Below the pieces are notes generated by a model. It made no database searches, was not told the DNA's origin, and saw nothing but the letters and a program-made list of their open reading frames with translations. From Octopus bimaculoides (Eukaryota): 64,000 nucleotides of DNA. The stretch covers positions 40,758,127 through 40,822,126 of the forward strand of contig NC_068998.1 of NCBI RefSeq assembly GCF_001194135.2, given 5' to 3'. Below are positions 12,598 to 24,828 of the stretch, piece by piece. The position numbers were made by a program, and so were the translations under genes. The number at the start of each line of letters is the position of its first letter. The stretch's first letter is position 1.

Positions 12598-12785
12598 CTT
12601 GGGAGAAAGACCGCCTTCTTTGTGAGGCTCTCCTGAACATCAATGGGCAGGGCAGAGTCTGCCGTGTAACTCTCAATATAGTTAGCCCACTTAGTTGCAC
12701 TGGTTGGATCCTCAGTGCCATCATCAGATTGCTCATGCTGTTCTGTATCCAGAAGCTCAATGGTAAGCCGATAATCTCTCTTAAA
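12598..12785 (-). CDS. SIN3A: SIN3 exon (FKRDYRLTIELLDTEQ...KWANYIESY...KKAVFLPR), 188 nt
   Basis: TAG acceptor, AG|GTAAAG donor; conserved LTIELLDTE, WxxYxE, VFLPR. Frame is not listed in the ORF track. Confidence 0.94.
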
Positions 12786-14095
12786 CTACAATGGTAACAA
12801 ACAACAACAGCAGATTAGTCATTTATGGTAATTTATGTTCACAATGAGAAATTCAACACTCTTTGCAAGCCAAAAGGGAACTTCTATGACAGCCATGAGC
12901 AAACAGCAGGACATTTTGAAAAGCATGCCTACTCAAAAATTCACGATTTTTTTGTTAAGCAGTGCAGTCTGCCTCACAAGAAAGACTGCTCAATGCAATC
13001 ACTCAATATGCATGAAACAGCATCCAGATGACCATATCAAAAAAAAAAAAAAAAAAAAAAAAAGGCACACAAAAAATAATAGTTCATTGCTTAACGTCTG
13101 CCCTCCATCCTAGCATGGGTTGGACCATTTGACTGAGGACTGGTGAACCAAATGGCTACACCAGGCTCCAATCTGATTTGGCAGAGTTTCTACAGCTGGA
13201 TGCCCCTCCTAACGCGAACTACTCCGAGAGTGTAGTGGGTGCCTTTACGTGCCACCAGCATGAAAGCCAGTCAGGAGGTACTGGCAACGGCCACGTTCGA
13301 TATGTATTTTATGTGCCACCTGCACAAGGGCCAGTCCAGCAGTACTGGCAACGGACTCGCTCGAATGTCTTTTCACGTAAAGTAAACTAAAAAGAATAGT
13401 CAAGGCCAGAAGACTTCCGATCAAGGTTGATCTGAGTGAGAACAAAATATATTCTTTCCTGGTATAAGTAAAAGTTTCCTTGTGTGATTTCAAACTCATT
13501 TCGATGAAAAGAAGCATGTACTTAAAAACTCTTTTGTTACCATATTTCTGTTGAGATACACTGCTTGTCTTTCAATTTTGAAAATAGCAAATTTACTAAA
13601 ATAAGTTAAGCTGCTGTTTGGGGAATAATTTTAAAACAAGGGCCTGTCTCAGGTGAGTTGATATCAAAACATTCAATATATTGCATTTCTTTATCTGGAA
13701 TACACCTTACAAAGCTTTTAACATACTTCTTCCCTGATACACATTAATAAACAGCGTAATTTAAACAGTAACCATAGTAACTTCACATAATTCTTCCAAC
13801 CCTCCATCACACTCCTCCAGTCCCAAGAAGTCCTTCCCTACTCCTATTGCCCTACATTCTGTCTGCTCTAAGAAACAAGAGGTAAACATGCTGAAGCACC
13901 ATTACCTTATGAACATTTTACATCATTCAAACATTAATGAGGCAGGAGGACAAAAAAATAGTGCATTTTTTTATTTTAATGTCCATCCATCAGATCAAGA
14001 ACCTCAAATCTTATGTCACAGTAACATGCAAAAAGTCAATTTACAGTGAACAGGAAAAGAAAGAAAAAAAAAATCCAGCAAAGTCTGCCACTCAC

Positions 14096-14278
14096 AATCA
14101 TTATCTTAAAGCAGTTCTCATCACTAAGCAGACTTTCTACCCGTTTCTGATACAGACTTTCAGCTTGAATTCTCTGATGACTAGTGGCAACTCGGCCACC
14201 AACAGCATTATTCTTTGCCTCTTCATGGTAGATTCTATAGATGTGTGAACAGGTGTCATCACTAGTGAAATGGGCAAG
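14096..14278 (-). CDS. SIN3A: SIN3 exon (LAHFTSDDTCSHIYRIY...YQKRVESLLSDENCFKIMI), 183 nt
   Basis: CAG acceptor, GTGAGT donor; conserved YQxxxExLxSDENCFK. Confidence 0.95.
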
Positions 14279-15879
14279 CTGCAAAAGACAAGCCAAGGAG
14301 GAAGAGAAAAAAAAAAAACAGAAAAATTAGAAAAACAGACAAAAGTATGTAGTGGGCAAACAGTAAAACTAAATGTACACAGTTCTTTTCAAGGATTGGC
14401 CAGTTACATTGACTTTAAATGCCCCCACCAACACACACACACAAAACAAAACTAGGTTGGAGAATAGTGAGTACAAAAGCAGTTCTCTGAGGATTAAAAA
14501 GCTGCATGGAATTTAAATGTCAAAGTTCATTTTGGAAAAGTGAGGATGGGTTGCTATAATAATCCAGCTATGCAGATGTGGCTATGTGGTTAAGAAATTT
14601 GGTTCCAAACCACATGGTTCTGAGTTCTGGTCCTACTACATGGAACCTTGAGCGAATGTTTACTATAACCTCAGGCAATTGAAAGCCATGAGAGTAGATT
14701 TGGTAGACAGAAACTGAAAGAAACTAATCAAATGTGTATCATTCAACTACGGTAGAAGTTGAATAATATTCTTAAGGCCGTAATTTACTCACACACAACA
14801 TCCTTCAGAGCTTATTGCTAATTCAGTTCTTAACCAAATGGAAAACTTTTGAAGAGGACTGGTCCCTAGCTACATTTTGGCATAAAAAAATTAAGATTTG
14901 GTCCAATAGAAAAAAGTTCACACCAAAATTTGTAACAATGTGAGAGGAGAGTAAGTAATGCCACCAATCAAGTTCAGATCTAAATAACTTTATTTTAAAA
15001 GCAAAATATATTTATCTTAGATTCAATGATAGAAGAAAGCGTGAAGAATTTCATAGTTTTGGTCCCATGCAACAAAAATTTGCATTGAGGTAAAATATCA
15101 CAAAAATAATACAAAGCAAAAAATTGAATCTTAGTATAATTAACTTCTTTATTTTAAAATCAAACTATATTTTAATTAAGCTTAAATGATAGAGCTCAAT
15201 TCGAAGAATTTCATGGTATCAATCTCATGCAATGAAGTATAGTGTACGTGATTAATGGAAGATTATGGTAGTAATACATCTTATAAACTTGCGTTACTGA
15301 ATAATAACATAAATACATTGTCAGTATCCCCTTGACTTACACAGGGTTGGAGATGGAAACAGTTCAAACTAGGCTGCAAAACAAGCCAAATAGACAAACC
15401 TGCCTTAGGGCAGCTCATTCAAATTAAGTATCACTATTAGAATGGAGCCCAGCTATAAAAATATTTATTCCAATAATATACAAACTTCTAAACTGAAAAA
15501 CACTAACCACGGCATAGAAACCTACATGTAAAATTTAAAGGCAAGAACAGTGTCTCTACATGGTTACTTGACCTACTACAAATAGTAGCCAAAAAAACTG
15601 CTTGTATCACAAACCAACATTTTCAATGAAAGAAACGTTGATATACTGTGCCTTATATCGTTCAAAAAAGATGACCACATTAAGAATGTCTTTAATCCTT
15701 TGCATTATAAGCACAAGGTTTGAAATTGGATCTGGCTAGTTGGTTACATCAACACCAATTTTCAACTGATACTCATTTCACTGACCTTGAAAGGATGAAA
15801 AGCAAAGCTGACTTTAGTGGAATTTGAACTCAGAACACAAAGACAGATGAAATGATGCCACTAAGTATTCCATCCTGTC

Positions 15880-16440
15880 ATCATTTAAAGTCCACTTTCC
15901 ATGCTAGCATGGATTAGAAGGTTTGACACGAGCTGGCTGGGCTCCAATTGTCTGCAGTCACATGGTTTCTACAACCAGATGCCCTTCCACTTTATAGTGT
16001 GTACTGGGTGCATTCCTATGTGGCACTGGAATGGGTGCTATTGTATGTGACACTGTATGGCACCAGCACCTGTGGGCCGCACAAGGCAAGGACCTCCTTG
16101 CTGACAAAGGGACATGTCTATGTATAGATGGCTAGGATTTGGCTCAGCTTCTCAAGCCATAAGTCTTGGTCCCTTGTTATCAATGAGGCCTAGCATCTGA
16201 AGATGCTTTCCCACCACTTCGTCTCATATCTTCTTGGGTCTACCCTTTCCACATGGGTCTCACCACAATTAGAGATCAGCACTTTATGCAGCTGTTCTCA
16301 TCCATTTGCATCACATAACAATACCAGCAGTCTTCTCTTTTGCATGCTACATCTGATATCTCTTGAACCCAATTTTTCTCTTCATTTACACTGTGGTACA
16401 TGGATACTGCTAGCTTGCTGTCTTTGGGAATGCCTTTAAT
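15880..16440 (-). mobile_element. RTE-clade LINE 3' fragment (degenerate ORF C-terminus + 3' UTR)
   Basis: Minus strand gives degenerate KRRLLxYCxVMxM...GKGRPKK-type RTE C-terminal motif, followed by the UTR shared with 13085-13385, 19840-20030, 25045-25275 and 57470-58150. Confidence 0.65.
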
Positions 16441-16611
16441 CGAAAGTCTACTTCGTCAGGGTTAACCCAAAGCTACACATAAGAAAAGAATTAAGTTAAA
16501 TTTGATTAAAGCTATCAAGTTGGTCTCATTTTAAAGAGAGGTGAATAAGCTTTACAGAGCTTGTAATGGTTATTCTTAAAGAAAGAAAACATTTCTAAAA
16601 AAATATTGTAC

Positions 16612-16781
16612 CTGTCTGACCAAATTTTGCACCAGCTTGTCCATAGTAAAGGCAACATAGGCATGAATCCCAAACATCTCTCTCAGTTGGTCCTCGTAAT
16701 GACTAGACTCCAGGTTACCATCCAGCAAATTCTTCACCATATCCAAAAAGTACGGGTAATATTCATCTGGCTCTATTACAT
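16612..16781 (-). CDS. SIN3A: SIN3 exon, Sin3a_C ([56 protein letters not shown]), 170 nt
   Basis: TAG acceptor, CAG|GTACAA donor; highly conserved. Confidence 0.97.
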
Positions 16782-18053
16782 CTAGAAAATAAAAATAAAA
16801 TCATTTATATTAACAGAATATTTTGCAAGTATAACAAATTTTTTTGTGCTGGTCATTTCTTGCAGTGGGCTCAGTAAAGATGGAAATAATCTCAAGTTTA
16901 GAGTGACAGTGTATGACAAGGCTGGGCCCCTGGAATTACAAGCATGATGTATCTACCTTTCAGTTTCTGTTGATCCAAGGTCATTGTTGAAGTAACTAAC
17001 CAACAGTGCTGCACAGTGGAATTGAACCCAGAACAATGATTGTGAAAAAAAAAGCTAAATCTTGACCATACCTTCAACTCATACATACAAACACATAGGT
17101 GCAAAATAAGGCGGAGAAAATAGCACACAAAACCAAAAGAGCAAATAGTATTTTACTGCAACTGTAAAGAGTTCACAAACATTATTTCACATTACCAACT
17201 ATCATGGCTGTCTGGTTATATTAGAGAGAGATGGAATTCCTGGGCCTGAAGGAGTAAAAAAAACTTCCTATTACAACAACCCAATTTCAAATATTTCCTC
17301 ATTAACTCCAATTTAGCCTTTTCAGCTTCAATAAAATTCAATGATTATATATAAAGTAAATCTATTGCTGTTAGTTTCAACAAGATCTGATGAGCTGGAG
17401 GACTGCATCAGGCTTCTGCTTATTCATTGAATTAGCATGTATGTTGCTGAATATTCCAAAGATACCTGTAAGCTTAATGTAACTCAGGTAGAATCAATGA
17501 CTGTGTGCAACAAACTGTGCACCTTTCGAGTTGCATGTATAATCCATCCACCCTGGCTTCTACAGTTTGTCAACCGACCACAACCTTGGGCTTGATCCAA
17601 ACCCTACACATACTTGCTAACCATAATGTTAAAGTCTGCCATACAACACACTGCCAAAAGTCTTGCGTCAAATAAAGCCCCAGTCATCCCAGTTATTTAC
17701 ATATGTAGCTTCCATCACCAACTCAACCAGTAAGGTTTATCCAATACGGCCCCTATCTTAAAGGAGTCTCTGCTGCATACAGGAAACTAATGATCACCCC
17801 AGCCAATGCTTATAGTCATGAAATTCAAACTTATTTGGTGGCAGATAATTCTAGTTTCTTTTAAAATTGATAATGCAAGATGAGGAGCAGAATGGTTCCT
17901 TCTCAGACTTAAGGAAAAGAATTGCATCAACCCCAGTACTTATTGTAAGGAGAATTTCTTGAAGGACACTACTTCATTGACTTTAGAGAGGATACACTGC
18001 CTCAAATAACAGTAACAATGCGAATAATTTCCTGGAAATAGACAAACTCTTAC

Positions 18054-18240
18054 TTTGAGCTCGGAGACGGAGGGCTATGGCTGTAGATTCCTTGCGACCC
18101 TTCTTCTTTGCATCAGCTTCTTCCTCTGCAATTTTCACAGCTTGAGTGTAGATTTGGCACAACCGATCACATAATAATTGGTGAAGCCGGAAGAAGAGGT
18201 ACCAATTGTTGTTGACAAAAAACAAGGAATACAAGTCTTG
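18054..18240 (-). CDS. SIN3A: SIN3 exon, Sin3a_C ([27 protein letters not shown]...[12 protein letters not shown]), 187 nt
   Basis: CAG acceptor, GTAAGA donor; conserved FxVNNNWYxFxRLHQ. Confidence 0.96.
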
Positions 18241-18683
18241 CTGAAGAGAGAAAAATAATGCATAATTAGCCACTGGAGGTGTTTATGCAAAGCAACAAAA
18301 ATCAAACAACACTGGACCTAACATGTAAGTTTTAAACACATTACTTAAGGGGCATTGAGGTTGTATTCTATGGCCAGATGCCCTGCCTGGCATCAACCTA
18401 CATTTTTCAAGAAGGGCATTTTAATTTTGCTGCTCTTCATGAAATCGCAAGCTACAGGACGGTTATAAATAACATCAACATTGTCACTATTTTGCTCACA
18501 TAACATCACACAAACGCGTGCGAAAAAACACAAAGAGGGAATGCTTTCAATATACAGTGTAAAACAAAGATTCACTCTATTGTTATTCGGAGTTTCTAAC
18601 TGTCATGTATGTTCCTACAGATATGTTTAAGAACAGGGTGTTTCACCAACTTCAAATAAATAATATACACACAAACACAGGTT

Positions 18684-18716
<33 letters not shown>

Positions 18717-20059
18717 TACAATGTAAAACCATGCACATGTGGACAATAGGGAATATCTGATAAAAAGATCAAATGTAATGCTACAAGTACACATTTTTTC
18801 ATTTTTAAATTATCTCTTCTCTCTGGCACTGCTGAGAGATTACTGCAACATATCTATGTTCATCATGATAATCACTTGAGAAAAATATCTTATTGGAAAG
18901 TATGTAAAAAGACTTGAAACCAATACTGCTAGATTGAATTGTAGAAATGAGAAAGTACATAGGGGATTTTATATGAGAGAGAGATGGAATTCCTGGGTCT
19001 GAAGGAGTAAAAAACTTCCTATTACAATAACCCAATTTCAAATAGTTCCTCATTAACTTCAGTTAAGCCCACACAATCTTCACAGTAATATTGACTGTTT
19101 ACACACACACGTGGCTAATAGATAGAAGAGTATGAAAAGAAAAAAAAGGATAGTGAAGAAGCCCCTTTAGCTCACTACTTTAAACCCCTGACATTTCCTT
19201 GCCTAATGCTTCACTATTACGCCATGTACCGATTTCTTCCACACCCACCTCCACTCAACACAGCAATTTGTAACACAAGGGAAGTTGTCGAAAACTAAAT
19301 TTATCTTATCTCCTTATAGTTCCCAACCACAGTTGAAGTTTAATTATCAAGAACTAATGACTGCAGATAAGGACCAATAGAAAAGGGATACCATTTTACA
19401 GACTCAGACCTCCATTTTAGAAAAACTGTTTTTGATCTAGTGTCATAATTAGTTTCATATCTATTTTATCAGACAAACAGGAACATTCAAATCCAAACAT
19501 TGACAAGAATTGCTTTTAGTAGCAGCTGGTGACCCTTTCTTAAAGGAAAGCGATATCATTTTGACTGAGGTTAAACACTGTAAAACAAAGCAATGTATTC
19601 TTTAATATAGGATACAGTGTAGCGAGAGGGAGCGTTTGAAAGCCAACACCCTAACTATTCAATTACTATGCACACAGACACACAAAATACTTCACCTCCA
19701 AATATTAACAAAATTATCTCATATATAAGCCATGCAGTGCACGCTTAAAGTATGAATGCAAATTGATTTTAATGTTTCTTTTTTTATGAGAGACTGCTGG
19801 AAAGCTGGTCCATGAATGCAATAAGTAACCTTCAATTATATTGCTTTCATCATCATCCATTTCCCAAGCTGGCATGGATTAGACGGTTTACTGGAGCTGG
19901 TAAACCAGAGACATGGCTGGATGCCATTTTTAACACCAACCACTCCATAGATAGTACTGCATGTCTTATATGTCACTGGTATGGGTGCCTTTCTCATGTC
20001 ACCAACATTGGCCATGACTTCACTTAGCTTTACTTAAATGCTTAAAATTAAATATTTAA

Positions 20060-20185
20060 TCTATCAGGAGCCGTCCCTGATATATATCTTTCTTTTGCTG
20101 ATATCATCCAGTGTTGCATTTGACCAGCAGTTCTGATACGATCAGAGACCTTGAGTTGAATTGAACCAGTACATCATGGAAGAGT
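20060..20185 (-). ncRNA. Candidate intronic box C/D snoRNA
   Basis: Sense to the host gene. C-like ATGATGT (20177-20171), D' CTGA (20145-20142), C'-like GGATGATA, D CTGA (20067-20064); weak TCT/AGA terminal stem. No target recognised. Confidence 0.35.
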
Positions 20186-20863
20186 CATCCTGTCTAATAA
20201 CATACAAAATTATTCAATTCATTTTACATTTGTTTCAGGAGATATCAAAACTATCAAGGTAGACCTGTGAAGAGGGTTCCACTGCAACTATTACTAAGTC
20301 TGTTAACCAGTTTATAAAGGCCTTGATTTTTTTTTCTTGCTTCTCAATGTGTTGAGCATAGAAAATTATGGATTTGCTGTATTCATGGCAATTGCCTTTA
20401 ACCTTATGATATCAGTCATTTGTGAATCATCATTCGTCACCCTCAGTTTCCATATAGTTTTTTTTCCTTTGGCTTCTTTACAACATTGTATGTATCAGTA
20501 TCATTCTACTATTAAACAATTGAAGCAAAGTGGTCAGTGATCAGGCTGCAGCTGTGCAATGAATAATTCAACATTTCATGATATAAATATCATTTGAAAT
20601 TAACACCTTATATTAAATGGCTGAAATGGCTCTTCTATAATACACTGCTCTTATTAACAGTGACTTCAGAAAACTTCAGCCTACTTATCCTCAGCAGATG
20701 ATGAAGGGCTAAGCAAGTCAAAACTTCCAAGTCACTGCAAATACTATTCTTGTTAAAGAATATATACTTCACAAAAAGTATTGAGTAATCTTTCAATTTA
20801 ATGTAAAATCGTTTTAACTCAACATAAAAAACAAACAATATATCATCACACTTGTAAACTTAC

Positions 20864-21057
20864 ATCTTCAACTTGTGGGATAGCATCAAAGTTTCCATTT
20901 AATAATGGCTTTTCAGGAGTCACTTCTATACATTTTTTATCTTTTTCAGAATTCACTTCTGAATTATGGTTGTTATTAGTGGAAGATGTTAAGATATTGC
21001 TGCTACTGCTGCCACCACCATCTTTCTCAGGTTTGTCAACATCATCTACATCCATGT
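20864..21057 (-). CDS. SIN3A: SIN3 exon, acidic/low-complexity linker (DMDVDDVDKPEKDGGG...IPQVED), 194 nt
   Basis: CAG acceptor (alternative GAG 3 nt upstream), GTAAGT donor; phases 1/0 fit both neighbours. Confidence 0.85.
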
Positions 21058-22567
21058 CTGCTCGAACAAAGTGGAATGCAATTAATACAATTAACAAAAG
21101 CAACAAACATGCACAAAAAACGCTTTAGATCAGAGAATGAGTGACACAAAAGCCACTTAATTACGACTCTACAAAATCTAGTATAAAGTAGATTATATAC
21201 CCAATTTCAAGAACAGTATAATTTAAACATTCAATATGTGAATTACAAGAGTAACATTTAACTTAATAACCATTTCATTGGTAAATCCTAACATGTCCAT
21301 ACATGATTGTAATACCAATGGTAGAAAGCAATGACAGTGCTTCTGAAGTCATTTGATTAGAAAGAAAAAGCAGCTAAATTCCTTCAGGTTCTACCCTAGT
21401 GTCTTTTAAACAGTAAAAATGTAATCCAAGTTATTTGGAAAATAATTGGCTAAGTCAAGGCTGGAACACCTCTGACCATAGATCTAACCCAGGACTAAAT
21501 ATTGATTTCAAATTTTGGCAGAAAACCAGTAATTTCAGGAGAGGGATAAGTCAATTACATCAGCCCCAGTGTTCAACTGGTACATTTATCAACCCTGGCA
21601 GAATTTGAACTAACAACATAATGACAAAGTGCTAAGCATTTTGCCCTGTGCTGTAAAAATTCTGCCAGCTTGCTTTAACCTGGGACTAAATGATGATTGT
21701 GGTGATAGTAAGCTAAATAAACTATACACAATCCATATTTTACTTATACCATTACAAGCCAAGATGATAACCTTCAGTTGAAGCTGTACTTCAATAGTTG
21801 CCTATCCTCATCTACTGGTAGCTAGCTCTGACTGGATTTCAAATTAGTCTACATTATCTCTGTGAACATTTAAGATATTTTAGACCAAGTGACCAATGTC
21901 AAGTCTGTCTTGATGACCTTATGGCAACCATGTCTTCAGTTGTTCACCACATTAATTGGCAAGACACATTAAAGTCTCCTGGAGGTCTTCATGCATGAAG
22001 ATGGCACAGATGGACTGAGTCAATGAAGCAAACTATTCTTCCTATATAAAAGAGAGAGCACTTAGATCAGATTTCCTTGTTAAAAGTCTTGCACATCAGT
22101 CTGGAATATGGATTTTGTGTAGAGACTAATCACTAATAAGCAACATGGCAATCAATCTTAAGTTTATGATCAAACACACTAGCCATAACCATCTTGTTTT
22201 TTTTTCACACACAGTATGCTGAAGACTACATCATCCAATGTATCTTTTCTATTTAAGATAGCAGGGTGCAAAATGAGTGAGATTTGGCTACTAACTTTAG
22301 CAAACTGAGTGACCTCATCAGTTTCTAGAGGACAGCATGGACTACGTTTGTATCTCACTCAATCTCATCCTTGCACTGTGGGGATGTATTGGTAGAAATG
22401 AAGAGTCACAGTAAAGAAACTCCTTTACCTCTTTCAAATGGGCATCAAAAATAAGGACACCTCTGCTGTGATGCCTGACCTTTGTCAAATATAAAGTTCC
22501 ACTAATGTATGTATGTGTATAAACTACATTAACACTGGCTGAAGTAAAACTGCCCAAGTAATCTTAC

Positions 22568-22681
22568 CATCATCTTTATCTTGTTCATCATCACTCAGTT
22601 CACCTCGAGGCAGGAAAAACAAGTCTGGAATGAAGTGATACAGCAATTGCTTGATTCGCTGCTTGTCATCTTTGGAAATAC
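22568..22681 (-). CDS. SIN3A: SIN3 exon (SISKDDKQRIKQLLYHFIPDLFFLPRGELSDDEQDKDD), 114 nt
   Basis: CAG acceptor, GTAAGA donor; conserved HFIPDL and RGxLSD. Confidence 0.95.
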
Positions 22682-23959
22682 CTGAATCGAAATAAAAGAG
22701 TTGTAGAATATCTTAATTTTAAATAAGTGGCAGATGACAGGAAAGTGGAAGTATAAACAACTTAATCCTTTTTATGATCCTATTTTAAACTGAAGGGGTT
22801 GATGAATAAGGAAAAGGAAAGGAATAGATGGAAGTGATGTAGGATGCAAAGGAGACTTGAGCCTTGTTAGAGAAACCTCCAGATAAGATAAAGACAAAAA
22901 TACTCCAAGTCTTTACAGTAAAACCTATGCCAAAGGAAGAAATGGTTGACAACATGTCAGAGAAGATTCTCTGGTGCTGGTAGTTAGGTTAAACAATGTA
23001 TTTATTATAAAGCAGGTGCTGATAAGCTATGCCAAAAGCAAAGAATGAATAAAAACTTTTCTTTAGTTTTGTTGGGGAGGACATTTATTCGTTTCAAGAT
23101 GAATGTGTAATGAGTGAAACACTAATTCATACCAGCATGGAAAAAAGGACAATAGATTCTAATGAAATGCACAGCTCATTTAAATGACAAGCTTATTCAT
23201 TAAGCTGAGGTTTCAAACTTGCTAAAAGGTTCTTAATTATGATTTTGATGGTAGTTGGGTTAATTCATATATGAACACTTTAAAATGGGAACCAGCAGAA
23301 GGTTGTTTTCGAAAAGGTTAAAAACATGGTAACCTAATACCCAACAATTCAACGCAAATTACCATGGGGTCAAAGATGTTATCCTAAATTTTTTACCCCT
23401 GTATAATTTCAGCAAAAGGATCAGCTTATGTTTTCTACCACTATATTAAAATACACACATACACAAACAATATAGCTAGTATACAATACAAAAACATTTG
23501 CAAGAATTTAGAGAGTAAATATTCTTCCCTCTAATAAACATTCAGCTGAAGGAGGACAAAAAGAAAATCTAATTTTAAGTAAAACTTAACTCTGATCAAA
23601 TGATGCAACTCAATGCTTGTGTTTTTTAAGGGACAAACATTTTTGAAAGTTATCCCAGAAGCCAACCACTATGACATTTAAATACAAACTGCAAGTACAT
23701 TAAACATGATAGATGAGGTGCCCACAGAGCTAGTAAGTAGAACTGCAAGAACCTCCAAACTGTCAAGACAGGAAATGACTTGTCCCACCCTCCTGTCTTT
23801 TCAATAGGAAGGACATAATTGACAATGTATTCAAAGATATTTGTAAAATAATCGACTAAGTCAAGACCGGAATACCTTTGACTAGAGACCTAACTTGGGA
23901 CTAATCAATCAACAAATAAAACATTGGCATGTGTAGAGAGTATCTTAGTATTTACTTAC

Positions 23960-24086
23960 TTGCTTGGCGTTTCATGTGATGTACTATAAGAGATGTAGCA
24001 TCATCAATTGTTGACCTGTCTTTGTATACAAAGGAAATGTGAGGCCCAGGGGTGAAGTTATCCTTACGTTCCGATTGTTCTGCTTG
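23960..24086 (-). CDS. SIN3A: SIN3 exon (QAEQSERKDNFTPGPHISFVYKDRSTIDDATSLIVHHMKRQA), 127 nt
   Basis: TAG acceptor, GTAAGT donor; resembles human [28 protein letters not shown]. Confidence 0.93.
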
Positions 24087-24203
24087 CTACAAAATATAAA
24101 GACAAACAATTACCACTGCAGTCATCATCACATACCAAAGAAACAAAAAAGATTTTTAATTACCAAGACGTGTAAATGACCAGAGATAGTCAAAATAACT
24201 AAC

Positions 24204-24387
24204 CTCATCATAAAGAGTTTCTATTTCATTAAGTAGAGCTTTCGATCGAATTGCCTTCACGTCATTTTGCTTAAAGTTGATGCCCATATGATCTAAAGAT
24301 TTTAAATAGAATTTTTCATTCTGCTCACGCCACAGTTTGTTAAACTGTTTCTGATTTTCCCGCCATTCTTCTTCCTTTGCTTTTAAC
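24204..24387 (-). CDS. SIN3A: SIN3 exon, HID end ([42 protein letters not shown]...YDE), 184 nt
   Basis: CAG acceptor, GAG|GTTAGT donor; part of ORF 24156..24416. Confidence 0.97.
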
Positions 24388-24481
24388 CTGAAATAATAAT
24401 AATGAACGTCAACCAACTGAAGTACAATAACACTAAAAGTAGAAACAACAATCCAAATAAATAAATGGCACAGTATCTCAC

Positions 24482-24562
24482 CTTCTTAGAACCAATGGAA
24501 CAGCCACACAGGGATTTTTCTTTAAACCATCAATTATATCAGGGGCCTTATCTCCATATAAC
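24482..24562 (-). CDS. SIN3A: SIN3 exon, HID ([27 protein letters not shown]), 81 nt
   Basis: CAG acceptor, GTGAGA donor; conserved YxDKAxDIIDGLxKNP. Confidence 0.96.
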
Positions 24563-24670
24563 CTGATGGAAGACATGAAAGGGAGTCATGTAAAAAACGA
24601 ATTGTCTAAACAGGTCAATACCAATCAAAAGACTAATCAATCTAATTAACTTCTGTTGATCAATACTCAC

Positions 24671-24828
24671 CGATGAATGGCTTTTCTGTGTAAAACTTCA
24701 GATGTTCCACCTAAACAGTTGTCTAACCTAAACTTAGCCGCTTCTTCAGGACTCATCCTGGATAATTTTTTTTGTACAGTCTCAAGCACTTTGATGACTG
24801 CAGAATTGGTTTCAATGACAACATCTAA
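24671..24828 (-). CDS. SIN3A: SIN3 exon, HID ([53 protein letters not shown]), 158 nt
   Basis: TAG acceptor, GTGAGT donor; conserved LDVVxETN and LGGTSEV. Confidence 0.96.

Noticed and set aside
12353-12636. Tyr/His/Ile/Thr-rich and other microsatellite-derived ORFs (also 26404, 52215, 52358)
   Set aside because: Translations of (TA)/(CA)/(GA) simple repeats.
13245-13517. 90-aa hydrophobic minus ORF
   Set aside because: Half of it lies in an RTE-type 3' UTR fragment; no motif or splice support.
21058-21106. Signal-peptide-like N-terminus MLLLLIVLIAFHFVRA of ORF 20846..21106
   Set aside because: It is the translated polypyrimidine tract of the intron; the remainder is a SIN3 exon.
22342-22557. 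71-aa ORF just after a SIN3 donor
   Set aside because: Not in the frame of the exon; weak acceptor context; no homology recognised.
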